From Octopus sinensis (lineage: Eukaryota), in NCBI RefSeq assembly GCF_006345805.1, contig NC_043007.1, forward strand, positions 7,316,001-7,380,000: DNA of 64,000 nucleotides, written 5' to 3'. Shown piece by piece: positions 1 through 13,622 of the stretch (its first letter is position 1; the number at the start of each line of letters is the position of its first letter). The notes below the pieces were generated by a model. It saw nothing but the letters and a program-made list of their open reading frames with translations, ran no database searches and had not been told where the DNA came from. The position numbers and the translations under genes were made by a program.

Positions 1-50
1 TTTAAATTAATCGTGATTTATAAGTATGTTTGTATGCATGTGTGTGTATG

Positions 51-120
<70 letters not shown>

Positions 121-204
121 CATACATATATATACTAATATAATATATATTATATATATATGTATGTATATATATATATATGTATATATATATGTATGTA
201 TATA

Positions 205-471
205 TATGGAAAAAAGTCAAGGTAGAAAATGCCAAAATAATTTTATAAAAAACATTTCAGTGCCGGTTTCAGTCATTGAGACTTTTTCAACTGTAAGTAT
301 GGTTAACAATTGAATTTGGAAAAATTAAAGAAAAGCTTTTTTAAAAGAATATTTGTATAGTGTTCAAATACAAGTGGCAGTACTGAAATGTCTTATAAAA
401 ATTATTTTAGCATTTTATACCTTGACTTTTTTTCAATATATATCAATTCGTGTGTCCTTTTCAACCTTATA
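205..471 (-). mobile_element. Penelope-like pLTR fragment with an inverted terminal copy, embedded in (TA)n
   Basis: About 205-262 is the imperfect reverse complement of about 380-440. It contains a hammerhead motif, 380-471 is homologous (inverted) to 46605-46697, and (TA)n lies on both sides. Confidence 0.7.
255..296 (-). ncRNA. Minimal type I hammerhead ribozyme, U3-A8 core variant, cleavage triplet mutated to GCA
   Basis: Minus strand: TTACAG-TTGAAAA-AGTC tcaat GACT-GAAA-CCG-GCA-CTGAAA. Stem II is perfect and stem I pairs at 5 of 6 positions. The inverted copy at 380 reads GTA CTGAAATG. Confidence 0.65.
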
Positions 472-473
472 TT

Positions 474-561
<88 letters not shown>

Positions 562-599
562 CACTTATTGAATTAGGGAGACGAAAAATGGATTTAGCA

Positions 600-1280
600 A
601 GAATGTTTACTCAACACAACGATCGGTGCGACCCATCTTGCATCTGTCCCTTTCAGGTGGGACATTGTACAGCTGGTAGTGTTGCATTCATCAATGCAAC
701 TTCATGTTAAGGATGTATCACTGAATGTGATCATAAACAACCGAAACGGTCATATCAGAAGCAGTGGAAGCCTGTCCCCTGTCGGTTACGGATGACTGAG
801 CCGGCTTATTAGGCGCTGGACTGGCATTCCCTCTTTTCTATTACAGTAATTTGTTAAGCATTCATTGTAAATTATAGCCAGACCCATCTATGGCTTATAA
901 CCCCGAAGTTGTTTCCATGCTCTGTTAGTGGAGCCAACATACTACAGGCGACCACAACATGCCAAGCGAAACTTAGTATATGTAGGGAGGTGTCTTATTT
1001 AAATAGGACACGTGACAAGACACAGCTTGCATTGATGGATACAACACAACTGACAGTACAATGTTTCACCTGTAAATGATAGATGCAGGATGGGTCGAAA
1101 CGATCGTTGTGTTGAATAAAGATTCTGGCTAAATCCTTTTTCTGTTCCATTCAACGTACACTGCAGAACTCCTGACGTAAATTCAGTGACAATTATATCG
1201 TAAGTGTGGATGGCATCAGGTAGCCTAAGCACTGGAAGTGCTTTAATCGGCATACTACGAGACATATACCCAAAGTCCAA
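600..1280 (-). pseudogene. Possible highly decayed Penelope ORF remnant (GIY-YIG region)
   Basis: Frameshifted fragments HLQVK..SCVV / CIHQCK / SCHVSYLNKT resemble the PLE endonuclease N-terminus (CIYQF.C.C..SYIG.T). It lies next to the pLTR fragment. Confidence 0.3.
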
Positions 1281-1308
1281 ATATATATATATGTGTGTGT
1301 GTGTGTGT

Positions 1309-1340
<32 letters not shown>

Positions 1341-1425
1341 GTGTGTGTTAATACATACATATATATATATATATATATATGTGTGGTGTGTGTGTGTGAT
1401 ACATACATACATACATATATATAGT

Positions 1426-1486
<61 letters not shown>

Positions 1487-1502
1487 TAATACTACTACAT
1501 AC

Positions 1503-1540
<38 letters not shown>

Positions 1541-1545
1541 GGTGT

Positions 1546-1579
<34 letters not shown>

Positions 1580-2060
1580 CGATAGTATGTTTCTATACGA
1601 CATATATAGAACATATACACACACGTCTCTAAGTGATTTTTTCTCGCCTCTTATAAAACATCCAATATTCTTTATAGTGAACTTTATGTGTCACCCTATG
1701 TTGACCGTGACCTGTGAATTGTTCTACACTGATAAACAGTTTCGCCTGGGCTTTGCACAGTTCGATGCTCGCCTCTGTTCTGTTTTTGTTTTTCCAACGG
1801 ATAAGAGAAAGACACAATATGGTCCATTATCAATCGGATTTGGTATTTGGCCTTTCGAACACGTGTAGAATGAAATATTTCTGTTCAATCTGCGTCAGAT
1901 CAATTCACCAATATGTTTTAATTTCAATATCCGCACCAAGCACGGTGCAACGCCAGATGGTTGTACTCCAATGCTGTTCACTGCTGGGATTTTTGCTACT
2001 AAGGTATCGGTTAAACTTTTGATAATCCACTACAAGATTATTCATCTTCTATTTCACATA

Positions 2061-2091
<31 letters not shown>

Positions 2092-3114
2092 TTATGCATA
2101 TGTCTGTGTATATGAGTTTAATGTGAGTGCGTGTGTATATGTAGTACGTGCGCGCGTGCACACACACATATGTACAATCATATATGTTTATATATACATA
2201 TTTGTAAATATTTTATAATTTTCAGCTCCAGTATGATTGTGAAATATTTTGCTTATTATTTTATTTTATTGGGAATGTAAATAGAGAACACGTATTGAAA
2301 ATATGGAATTGTTGAAAGCAATTTATTTATGTTTCACAAACACAAGACACATATTTGTGTTATCACTGTATCCGTTGCATCTTACTATTCCTTGTATATT
2401 TCTGTGTAATTTTAATAGCGATTTATCCGGGAAGGACGTATTGTTCAACTAGTTTCAGAAATATATTGTTATTTGTTATGCAATTCAAAAGAGAAAAACT
2501 GATTAAAAATGCCGAATTATCTCATGTTGTGATCTTCGGCCATTCGAGACATTGGAAAACGTACAATTAACACGGACAACGGAAACGGATCGAAAACGCG
2601 CATGCCAATTTCTATACTTCTGTAAATACAGGAAAATATTCTCAGTATTTTTAGATTAGACACAATGTAAATCTGAGAGTTATGTTGGGCCATGAATAAT
2701 TTGCAATGAAATCATAGAAATCACATATATTTATATTAAATAATCATTTTCTGCTAATGAGTCGCACATGAGATGCTATGAAAGAATATTTTATAAACGA
2801 ACGTTCCACTTTATAAATCAACACAAGCCTGAACGCGCTTACAGATATACATACGTTCAGATAGAGTTAAAAGAAAAGATAAGGCTCGAGAAGAAATAGA
2901 AGTCTCTCTCCATCTATCCTTTCCATGCAAAGGATAGTTGGGGGAAGGGGTCTGTATTAAACGGTTAGAGCATGTCGAAAGGACCGGAAGTGAAAGATGT
3001 TGGGTTAGGGCGTTGGTTGCAAGGGAGACAACAGTGACCTGGAATATGTGTATGTGTGTGTGCGCATACACACAAACACACACACACACACACACACATG
3101 CACACATATATTAT

Positions 3115-4070
3115 GAGTGAGCGAAGGTCTGTAATTGCAGTCAGAGTGAGCCAGCACTTCGAGGTTCTCAAGCATGTGCTTGGTAACAATGTGTGGTGGG
3201 GCATTCTCATGTTGTAGTAATGCGCGTCTTTGATTGACCAATGCCGGATTTCAAGGCATCATAGACTCGCAGCAGTTGTTGTGCATAAATGTTTACCGTT
3301 CTCAGCATGGCCATCCGGAACAATCTCCAAGTGCGTCCCTCTCCGCCTCGAAATTCCACGAAACACACATGACCTTGGGTTAAAACCACATCTGCTGAAG
3401 GTTGAACGAAGAGACTAATAGGAAGTCATTGGTTTCTGTTACTAGGATTATGAAAATAAATCCACGTTTTATCCCCAGTTACATAATCCACACCAAAATG
3501 TGGCATCCCGAAGACTGACCAGGAGTTGTTTCCGAATGCTTATAAGTAGTTCAGCCTGGTCATTGGTCAGTTCATGAGGAGCTTCTTGACAGGGTCTGGT
3601 CACAAAGCCCAGCTTATGGAGGCGCTTTGTTAAGGACCCAGTTGTGTCGACAATGTACAAGTGCTTGGTTGTTGGTCAAGTATTTCAAGCAATGCCTCGT
3701 CTGCCGGCAGAAGATCTCCCTGACCTTGCTTTGTCTTCGAGGCTAGTGTCACTGTTGAAACGTCTGAACCAGGCTTGTACCACACATTCGTCGACAGTTG
3801 CAGAACCTTGTACATCATTAGTTTCTTTTGCTGCTGCCCTTCATCTCAGGTCTTTTTGCCAAAGAGAAAGGAAATGATTCTAATTGCAATTTTTTCACTG
3901 CTCATTATCAAAGCTGTAAAATAAAAGATAAACATTGTTAATATAATAAAGCAGAAACAAGACGGCAACGGTTGGATAACAAGCTGTATCAAATTATGAT
4001 ATAACACAGAGATGCAAGTTGCCAAAATTCATCAATGAAAATCCGAAAGAAATTTTGACTCAAGCTGGAA
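3115..4070 (-). mobile_element. Decayed Tc1/mariner transposon
   Basis: Fragments LLQHENAPPH (equivalent to HDNARPH), ...PHELT, and VYAQQLLRVYDALK-like segments, with multiple frameshifts. Truncated by (CA)n. Confidence 0.8.
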
Positions 4071-4390
4071 TATGGAGCTACGGAGATAAACGTGTGTGTG
4101 TGTGTTTATATAAATGATTGAGTACACATGTCTATGAATTTCTGTGTGGAGACATATATCTCTACATGGTTGTATTCAGGTGGATGAATTTTTATGAGAT
4201 TTATAAAGACATATAAAGACTAATTGAAAGACCCTTTTTTTCTCACTTCTAAATGGCTGCCTTTAGTCAATTATACCATTAGATGTCTGTATATTTTTTC
4301 TCTTATATTTCCCTCGTCTAACATTCACGGACTTTGACTCTTATGTACGATATTTACATATTCCCTGATTAATATTTTTCTGTACATCTA

Positions 4391-4780
4391 AGGCGTAGAA
4401 CTGGCAGAAACGTTAGCACGTTGGGCGAAATGCATAGCGGTATTTCATCTGTCTCTACGTTCTGAGTTCAAATTCCGCCGAGGTCGACTTTGCCTTTCAT
4501 CCTTTCGGGGTCGATAAATTAAGTACTAGTTGCACACTGGGATCGATATAATCGACTTAATTCGTTTGTCTGTCCTTGCTTCTCCTCTCTGTGTTTAGCC
4601 CCTTGTGGGTAGTAAAGAAATAGGTATTTCGTTTGTCTTTACGTTCTGAGTTCGAATTCCGCCGAAGTCGACTTTGCTTTTAATCCTTTCGGGGTCAATA
4701 AATTTAAACACATTGATCAGTGTAATCGACTTATTTTCTCCCTAGAAATGCCTCGCCTTTTGAAAAAAATTGAAATAACA
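4391..4780 (+). mobile_element. tRNA-derived SINE (family A), dimeric copy
   Basis: A-box-like TGGCAGAAACGTTAG and B-box-like GAGTTCAAATTCC. The core GCCGAGGTCGACTTTGCCTTTCATCCTTTCGGGGTCGATAAATT occurs twice, and homologues lie at 34070-34520 and 60595-60800. Confidence 0.85.
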
Positions 4781-5539
4781 TTACCATATAAGATGCCACT
4801 TTTTTGTGTTGAGTTCTTATCTTGCCGATGTGAACTTTGCGTCTGTCGCTTTCCCACTCAATAAAATAGTTGACCAACCAAGCCCAGGGTTTCCTCTTAA
4901 TAAACTAAACCAGTATTTCTCAAAATAGGTTACCTTAGAAAATGGTGTCAGAAATAAACTTGCAATAGCATTTTAATCAAATTTTCTTTTGAATATATCT
5001 TTACCTTTGAAATTTATTTGTTTCACTCAGTAGCACTGGCCATGCTGGACCACCACGATTATTGCGACTGCTATTTTATTTCAAATATGCTTCTCCTCTC
5101 ACTATATTTGGTTCCCGTGTAGCAATGAGTCGGTCAAAGCTGCATTTTAGGGCATTTCTTACCCCGATGTGGGTTCGTCTAATATCCCTAATAAACAAAA
5201 CTATGTGTAATGTTTTTTGAACATATCTACATCTCCGCCTTGTAGATCCCTTTGGAGTTTTTGCATAGTAATGAAAAGGTGTGGGACCTGAACCATTAGG
5301 TATCAGACCAGTGGGTCCTTACTGCTGTTGTTATACGGTGAAAACAAGTTCAAAATTTGACATATTTTTCATCCCAAATTTAGATGCTTAAACCCTTCAG
5401 GATCTTCCAGATAGATAGATAGACAGACAGACAGATAGATACACACACACAGATATATAAATACACACACAAGATATATATGAATATGTTTATTGCATGT
5501 GTAAATGTATATATATTTGTGTGCGTGTGTGTGTACCTT

Positions 5540-5802
5540 CATGTCTCTCTGCGGATCGGAGGCTTTGTTCTTTTAGCCCCTTCAAGTGGATCATCTCTTG
5601 CACGTAGGCAACCTTTTAGGTGCAATAGCGGCGCTTGGTTCCTTCGAGTTCGCTGTTAATTTGACGCTTTGAGGGGGATCTTAATTGACCTTAGTCGTCC
5701 AGGCAACTGAGCACGAATATTCTGTGCAGGATCGACACGGTTTCCTTTTGAATGATCTCAGAATCCAACCATCCGATCGCCGGCAGATTATTACCATCTT
5801 AG
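5540..5802 (-). mobile_element. CR1/L2-like LINE RT C-terminal fragment
   Basis: GWILRSFKR is homologous to SWILRTFRSR in the 30839-31588 ORF. Confidence 0.5.
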
Positions 5803-5922
5803 TAATATGCACACACACACACACACACACACACATCAATATATCTACATGCTTATAAATGCACATCTATACACGCATGCACTTATATGTACGTATATAT
5901 ATGTATATACAAGTGCATGGGA

Positions 5923-5980
<58 letters not shown>

Positions 5981-6151
5981 GTATGTATATACATATAAGT
6001 GCATGCGTGTATATAGATATATACATAGTAACTTATTGCTGGGACTCACGTATTGCTTTTGTTTGCTTTCAGATTTGTTATTTCTCCTTTTCTTTTGAGA
6101 GGTAAGGAATCGAAATATTGAATCGGTTCTTAAGTCAAACGGTTTGAGAAT

Positions 6152-6627
6152 CCCAGAACTATATTCTTCACCAATCGGGCCATTATTGCCTTGTTCCATA
6201 TAAAGTACAAAAGATATCAGCAGATCTGCAGAGTCGATATCGCTTACAGCACATTCTGTTTTATTTGCACATGACCCTTACCTTCAGGTTTTGATGAATC
6301 CCTTTTGCGGGTCTACATTCAAATCCCACCGCTGATGAATTCTTCTTTCATTTTCCGGGATCGATAAATTAAACTAACAGCCGAGTGCTGGAATCGATAT
6401 AATTGACTGCACCTTGCCAGTAAACACACAGACTTGTACCTAGGCATAAGTCAGCACATTTACTTGTTAGTATAAGAAATCAATATCATCGCATAGAAAA
6501 CCGATTTCAAGATTCTTTCAGAGATACTTTGGTAAAAAATAGTCTTCTTACACCATCACCACACACACACTAAGACGCATAAAAAAACCTGTTCCCATGC
6601 ACACACACACACATTTTCTCTCTCTTT

Positions 6628-6678
<51 letters not shown>

Positions 6679-7615
6679 ACTCACTCGCTCGCTCTCATCC
6701 ATGTACGCATGCACAGAGTAGAATGTATGCCTTAAGCGTTTTTCTTTGTTCTCAATATGGCGTTCACAAATATATTTAGAATGATTTCCATGTTAAGCCA
6801 TGCTAATAGATATTATATAAATATGTAATCATTGCATTTACTCTGCTCAATCGTTTCTTTACCTCGCAACATCTGGAGCAAATGGAAAGTAAGCAAAATC
6901 GCCATTGCTGCAATCGAAGCCCGATTTTGTTATTAGATTTTCACAGATCTCTGCTGATAGAAGTAGTCAACATGTCTTTCAATAATGTATTGATCAGCAA
7001 ATACCCATAGAACGATTACTCACTCATTCTGTATATATGCGTGTTTACGAAAGTATAGGAGCATACATGGCTGTGCAGTTAATCGTATAGGCTGCGGTTC
7101 AATCCCACTGCGCGGCATCTGGTTTGCGTTCTTCTATAGCCCCAAGCCGAACAACGCTTTGTGGATGCATATGAGCGAAAGTGTGTGAAAGCCCAACTTG
7201 TGTGTGTGTGTGTTTATGAGTGCGTATGTGCATGCGTGTCTTTGTGTCTGTCCTCCTCTATCACCATTTGACAAGTATACGATTATGTTTGCGTAATCTA
7301 GTTGTTCGGCCGATAAATTAACCCCAGAACTATATTCTTCACCAATCAGGCCATTATTGCCTTGTTCCATATAAAGTACAAAAGATATCAGCAGATCTGC
7401 AGGGGTCGATATCACTTACAGCACAATGTTTTGCTTTATTTGCAGATGGCCCTTACCTTCAGGTTTTGATGAATCCCTTTTGCGGGTCTACATTCAAATT
7501 CCACTGCTGGCGAATTTTTTCATTTCCGGAGTCGACAAATTAAGCTAACAGTCGAGTGCTGGAATCGATATAATTGATCCCACATTCTCGGTAAACATAC
7601 AGACTTGTACTTAGG
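6152..7615 (+). repeat. Local direct duplication of about 295 bp (6152-6445 and 7323-7615)
   Basis: CCCAGAACTATATTCTTCACCAATC...CAGACTTGTAC occurs twice with high identity. Each copy includes a SINE-A 3' fragment. Confidence 0.9.
7060..7320 (+). mobile_element. tRNA-derived SINE (family B), degraded
   Basis: GGTTCAATCCCACTGCGCGGCA...CTATAGCCC...internal (TG)n...GTTCGGC; homologous to 34835-35300. Confidence 0.65.
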
Positions 7616-7689
7616 CCTGCGGTCATCAGCAGGTAACGTTAGTCCCAGGGTCTTTTTAATGCAGTAGAAGAGGTTTTAGATGGACCGAG

Positions 7690-7790
7690 ACTCTATATCA
7701 AACTTGACATTATGAAGCAGTTTGTTAAAGCTCTGGATAAAAAGGGACCAGGTTTTCACTATATCTGCAACACATTTCCCGGTCTTATTT
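7690..7790 (+). mobile_element. DNA transposase fragment (Chapaev3/CMC-like)
   Basis: With one frameshift it encodes LYIKLDIMKQFVKAL...F.YICNTFPGL, matching the LHIKLGLMKQFVKAL motif as recalled from Chapaev3-type transposases. Confidence 0.55.
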
Positions 7791-7799
7791 TCATTATTG

Positions 7800-8058
7800 T
7801 TTTATTATTATTATTATTATTCATGGTGTGCACGAATATCTTCCATCCAGAATCAACGTTCTGGGATCCGAGTCACAACCAGTCTCCTTAGATATCGAGG
7901 AGACTTTTTGCAATCCTGGTTGTTCCCAAAATGAGCAGATTTCTAAGTTAATGCAACCCTTTGGGTTACACTAATCTCAATAAGAGAAGTGCTAAGTTCG
8001 TTATTCACGGTTCGATTAACTGTGTAGAAACCCTCCACAGTTCGGTATTTTTCTAACC
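7800..8058 (-). mobile_element. 3' end of an R4/Dong-type non-LTR retrotransposon ending in (TAA)n
   Basis: With a frameshift, the minus strand gives KSAHFG/TTRIAKSLLDI*, resembling QKxALLGTARILRKVL. A short UTR follows, then (TAA)n, a known Dong target. Confidence 0.55.
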
Positions 8059-8080
8059 ACACACACACACACACACACAT

Positions 8081-8112
<32 letters not shown>

Positions 8113-8149
8113 TAGCAGCTTTCTCGTATTCAAGCAAAGCCCTTGCTAG

Positions 8150-8440
8150 AAAGAGTCATTGAAAAGAGTAATTGATGATGCAGTGTGAGTCCCTTGTATG
8201 ACTCTTGATCCCGGCCACAGATTTGCACATTCTATTGTATAACGAACAGCTGTTCTGGCTGGCAGAGGGAACAGATGCTACGATATGAAGCCTTTTGACA
8301 TGATTTTTCAGTCCTCCAGCTGAAGGGTACACCTATCCACAGGTTACACATGTCTTGTTCTGAACAATAGCCGTATCACAGTTTACCATGGGTCGATTCC
8401 TGTTAGTTCTCTAATGGCCGACCAGGCCTGCACGACTTAA
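8150..8440 (-). mobile_element. RTE-like LINE 3' fragment with a C-terminal zinc-finger-like motif
   Basis: Minus strand CSLYNRMCKSVAGIKSHTR; degenerate. Confidence 0.45.
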
Positions 8441-8523
8441 TCATTTCCTCCCACAAATCACACGCAGACAATGCATTTTCCACGGCTTCGTTCTTTCTTA
8501 GCCTTCTCTTGATCTTCTCGCGC

Positions 8524-8573
<50 letters not shown>

Positions 8574-8574
8574 C

Positions 8575-8607
<33 letters not shown>

Positions 8608-8942
8608 TACTTTCCGACTTCGAACAACCACTGTGCACTCTTTTTCCTCCATCCATTTCGGTCTTGTGCCTCCGTCTCCCACTCAACAACTCAACCTCGA
8701 GTCTGTATCAGAGCAATACTTATTTTGGGGTCACGTGCTGGCCCCCTTGCAAAAGTTGCTTCGGGAGTTTTTCACCATTCATTCTCACCACATGTCCCCT
8801 CCGCGTCAAACGACTTTTCCAGAATCATCGATTCTACACTCCTCCTACCATTTCTCTCGAGTACCCCCACAATAACATCCATACATATATACATATATAC
8901 ATACATACATGTATACATACATATATATATCTACATTTATAC

Positions 8943-8989
<47 letters not shown>

Positions 8990-9275
8990 CATATGCATAC
9001 AGGACATACCTTCTTTTCTTTCCCTATTTTCGAAGCGAAGTAGCAGGCATTCCTTTAACTTCAAACTAATACAGCGAATTCGTTCATTCGTATGTGCGTC
9101 TGTATGCGTGTGTGTAGATAGGGAGATAGATAAACACACACACACACACATACATACACACATATATATATATCATACGAATCTATTATGTGCAACATTC
9201 TAACAAATGATACCGTTTCACTTGCAGTACGTGTGTGTATATATATATATGTATAAATGTATATGTGTATATATG

Positions 9276-9308
<33 letters not shown>

Positions 9309-9340
9309 TGTGTGTGTATGTATATGTAAATATATAAGTT

Positions 9341-9382
<42 letters not shown>

Positions 9383-9666
9383 TGTATGTATATGCATATG
9401 TATATATATATATATATATGTGTGTGTGTGCAGATATATACATATATATTTATGTATATTTATATATATATATATGTGTGTATATATATATATATATGTA
9501 TATGTATATGCATCTAAATCTATATATATATACCCTCGTTTATAAAAATTGGGAAAATGTCAGTGACATCCAAATGATTAACCTTGCTCAAAACTAAACT
9601 CAATGCAACTTTAAACATTGTGAAAATCTACAAAAAGCGATACAGACTCTGATATTCCAATCATAT

Positions 9667-9716
<50 letters not shown>

Positions 9717-10037
9717 CTTCTTTCTTTCTCTCTTTTTTAGTTCTCTATTGCTTCCCCGATTTAGTCTATTTTCGTTCTATTTTCGTAAACCAAATTTACT
9801 TTTCAGGCAACAAATCATTGTTATGACATTTCAATTGTTCGTATCTTCTTTTGAGAAAAAAAAATAATATAAGTAAGAAGTAAAAAAAAAAATATGTAAA
9901 TGGAAAAGAAGAAAGGTAAAATAAAAATAATATGACTAAAAATAACAATAAAAATAAAAGAAGGCAACAATTCTCGGAACGTTGAAATAATTAAGTTACT
10001 CCTTCTGAATTATTCATACTGATGTACAGAGACGTCC

Positions 10038-10042
10038 ATGAA

Positions 10043-10096
<54 letters not shown>

Positions 10097-10735
10097 GGTG
10101 GTAGCCGCGGCTGCGGTGGCAGCAGCAGCGGCAGCAGCGGTAGCAGCGGCAGCAGCGGCAGCGGCGGCGGTGGTGCTGCTGGAGCCCGTGCCGTCGCAGC
10201 GTTACTGATTGTGTAAATGAGAATGATGGTGCGGACGGTGGCGATGAAGCGATGGTGTTGGTACCAGTGGATAGTCGTTACTAGGACTAGTGGTGATGAT
10301 GACGATGATAGTAGAGGTGATGGTGGTGGTGGTGGTTTAGGAGATGGTGATGGTAAAATTGGTCGTGTTGATGATGAAGGTCGGTAACGATGTTGACTGT
10401 GGTGGCCATGGAGGTGGAGGTGGTGGTGGTGGTGGCGGCAGTGGTGGTTAGTAGTGGTTGCAGTAATGAGGACGATAATGAAAATGATGATGATGATAGT
10501 GGTAGTGGTTGCGTAGTGATTGTGGTTTAGGACGTAGTCATAGTGGTGGGATGATATTCATAAAAATAAGAGACGATGATTGCGGTGGTCGGAATGGTGG
10601 CAGTGGTGATTTAGGCGGTAGTGGCACGGGTAGTTTCACTGCTACCTTGTGGTGATGTGGATTCCTGAAGGTGCTGATGCTGCAGCCGATGATGATGGTG
10701 ATGATGATGATGATGATGATGATGACAGTAACAGT
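10038..10735. repeat. Compound trinucleotide low-complexity block (GAT/GGT/GGC/AGC)
   Basis: Direct inspection; stops occur in all frames. Confidence 0.9.
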
Positions 10736-10935
10736 AAATAATTTAGAACTGAAATGTGTTAAGTTACTATTTCCATAACCGCTTCTCATTGGCACTGCTT
10801 AAAGAATGGAAATGAATCCCAGATAATTGGAAAGATTACTCGATTCCCCGAGTAACTGTGAGATGAGGCGCTAATTAGTTTCTATTCCGAAAACTTGTGT
10901 ACCATTGTAGACAGATGTTTATCAGAGCGCATATA

Positions 10936-10995
<60 letters not shown>

Positions 10996-11831
10996 CGTGT
11001 GTGTGTGTGTGTGTAATATATGCGACTTCTCTCTCAACACCTTTATGGTTTATATATACTTCAATGTTTATTTCTAGAGCAAACAACCTCGGCGAGGTGT
11101 TATAGAACTGCAGTTCATTGCGTCGTGGTGGTGCAGCTGTTTATTCAGTGAAAGTCAGCCTGGAAATTCATAGAATACACTTATTAATTTGCCAAAGCGA
11201 ACGGCTGCTTTCTGTTTGCCGTAAACATATTTCGCTCGCTATTTACAGTGAATTTTCCGCTGCCATTTACTTTTTTCTTGAGAAAGTTGACGTATGTCTT
11301 TCACTTGCTCTACCGTTTTCATATTCTGTTTAATAAAAGATAAAGCTAATGTTTTTCTATGAGAGGTCAAAGTGCAAATGATGAGGAGGATACAGAAGCA
11401 GGTTGTCAGACGTTAATAATGGGGATGTGTTACATGTCAATCGGAAGATACACTGTGATTGCTGTTAAGATTGTGCAAATAACAAAATGATATTGCTGTC
11501 TTCCGTTTTGAATCGTAGCGCAATGGAACGCGCATTAATCTCGGTCGTTTGTGAGCTGAGGGTTTTCACCATACACACACGATAACTTGACTAATTGCCG
11601 TTTAACATAAACCAAACTAACTCAGACATATGGGGATTAGCAAGTATTAAGTTCAGTGAGACAACGGTTCAGAATTTCTTTCCTGTCTCTTCGTTCAGTT
11701 ATCAAAGTAAAATGTAAATATATTTACAAGCTCATGCACAGACCCTCCATCTTACCGCCTTAGTAGAAACGTACTAACTTATACATACATCCATGTACAT
11801 ATATATATATATTATATATATATATATATAG

Positions 11832-12125
11832 TTAAATACACAACCAAAAAAGTATTTGCGAACCCGAACCCATGGAAATCGAACCTCCACCAACTATTTT
11901 GCCTATATGTCTGTTCACACCTTTGAATGCAATGTATGCCAGGGGGTTTGCAAATCCAACGGAGGCCTCAAAAGACATTTTAAGATACACAAAGATCAGA
12001 ACTTATCTGCAGGTCTTGGTGGTCCAAATCAGAGGTGCAATCTATGTTAGTGTCTTTTCAGAACATTGTCTGGGTTGAAAAGCCACATCATCAGACGCCA
12101 TGATGGTGTTAAGGTGTAGGTACAG
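11832..12125 (+). mobile_element. RTE-like LINE 3' end, or dead ZNF fragment, with two C2H2-like fingers
   Basis: FECNVCQGVCKSNGGLKRHFKIH, then CNLC*CLFRTLSGLKSHIIRRH with an in-frame stop. Bounded by (TA)n on both sides, with no convincing splice sites. Confidence 0.5.
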
Positions 12126-12689
12126 GATATATATATATATATAGTTGTAAAATTTCAGTAAATGATGAAAGCAATAACTATGCTAACAAGTAACGTTTAC
12201 TATATATTTAAAAAAGTTTAATATATATGTACAGTGTGCAGGGTGCACCTATAAGCAGCTGGAGGAAGATGTGCGCCGGGTCAAACTAGTAGCACCATTG
12301 GACATCCATATTGATATGTTGATTAAATTTACCTGTTTATGTGTTCGTCTTTTGTTTTCTGTCAGTTTGAACTATATATATATATATATACATAACTCCC
12401 CCCCCCCCACACACACACACACCCCAAAAAACAAAGAACACAAAAAACAACAACACAAGGACGTGAAACATGTAAAGAATTAGCAGACGCTAAGAGAAAG
12501 ACTGAAAGATTGTTTAACATTTCGAGTAAAGCTCTTCTTCTGAAACAGAGGAAAGTCCAATAGAAAAGGAAGATGGATAAAAAAATCGCCAACGATATAT
12601 ATACATACATGTATTTATGTGTGCGTCCATAAATATATACCTTTTCTACTATATGCACAAGGTTTGAAATATGTGGGAAGAGGTCAAGT

Positions 12690-12830
12690 TGTTTTAATCG
12701 ATCCGAGTGATACGAAAGAGTTATAGACAAGATCGAACTCGACAGCATTTGAACTCCGAAACATAAAGACAGGCGAAATGCTGCGAAACGTTTTTCCCGT
12801 TTTGCTAACGATTCTGCAAACTCGCCGCTT
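12690..12830 (-). mobile_element. SINE family A, degraded
   Basis: ATTTGAACTCCGAAAC...GCTAACGATTCTGCAAACTCGCCGC is the reverse complement of the SINE-A head. Confidence 0.6.
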
Positions 12831-12868
12831 ATGTTCATATATACATGCACAAGCGAAGTGTGTGTGTG

Positions 12869-12915
<47 letters not shown>

Positions 12916-13566
12916 GACAGAGAGGTGGGGAGAGAGTGAGAGAATATTGTTGCTGGTAAAAAATAAAAATTCTAACTTATCATCAGAGATGTGAAAGAGT
13001 AATGCATTTCTGAATGCTATCATTAAGTCTATCAGAATTGAAAGAGGCTCAGATAAAGTAGTGTTTATATGAATACTGACTCCAGTCAACTGGAATGTAG
13101 GCAGCTGCACTTCATAGTTTTATCACGGGTGGTTCGTTATGAAATTAGAATTGCGGAGATGGATTTAACAAGATTTACTGAAAAAGTCTTGATGCATTCA
13201 CCCAGGCGATTTCCATTCGAATTAGTCGTTAGAACTGCCTTAATGCATTGGGTTTTATATCGAAAAAAATCCTATAACTGCGCAAATCAGTGGACACTCA
13301 AAAGACAGAATCAGTGGTGACCGTATTAACATCTTCAGTGACTTCGGCTTAAATAAATAAATATCAATTAATTAAATAAGTTTCTTAGAGGTTCCCTTTG
13401 ATGTTGCCTGTCGTTCGAGTTTATAGGTAACACATGATGATAACCTCATTACCACGTTCATAATTTGAACACGTTAATTTACTCTGCTTATTTACACCCT
13501 CCTTCTTGGTCTGAATCTCCTCCCTCTTTACTCTGTGTCCCCTCTCTTTTTCTCTCTCCATATATG

Positions 13567-13622
<56 letters not shown>

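Noticed and set aside
1795-1872. Hammerhead-like layout CGGATAA...GAAAG/CTTTC...GAACACGTGTA
   Set aside because: Both core boxes are mutated, so it is at best a decayed copy.
4391-4480. tRNA gene
   Set aside because: The A/B boxes belong to a multicopy SINE head, and no complete cloverleaf is present.
10022-10216. Poly-D/G/S ORF
   Set aside because: A trinucleotide repeat block with no splice or domain support.
11856-12110. C2H2 zinc-finger gene exon
   Set aside because: The in-frame stop in the second finger, lack of a TGEKP linker and TA-bounded ends fit a LINE 3' end better.
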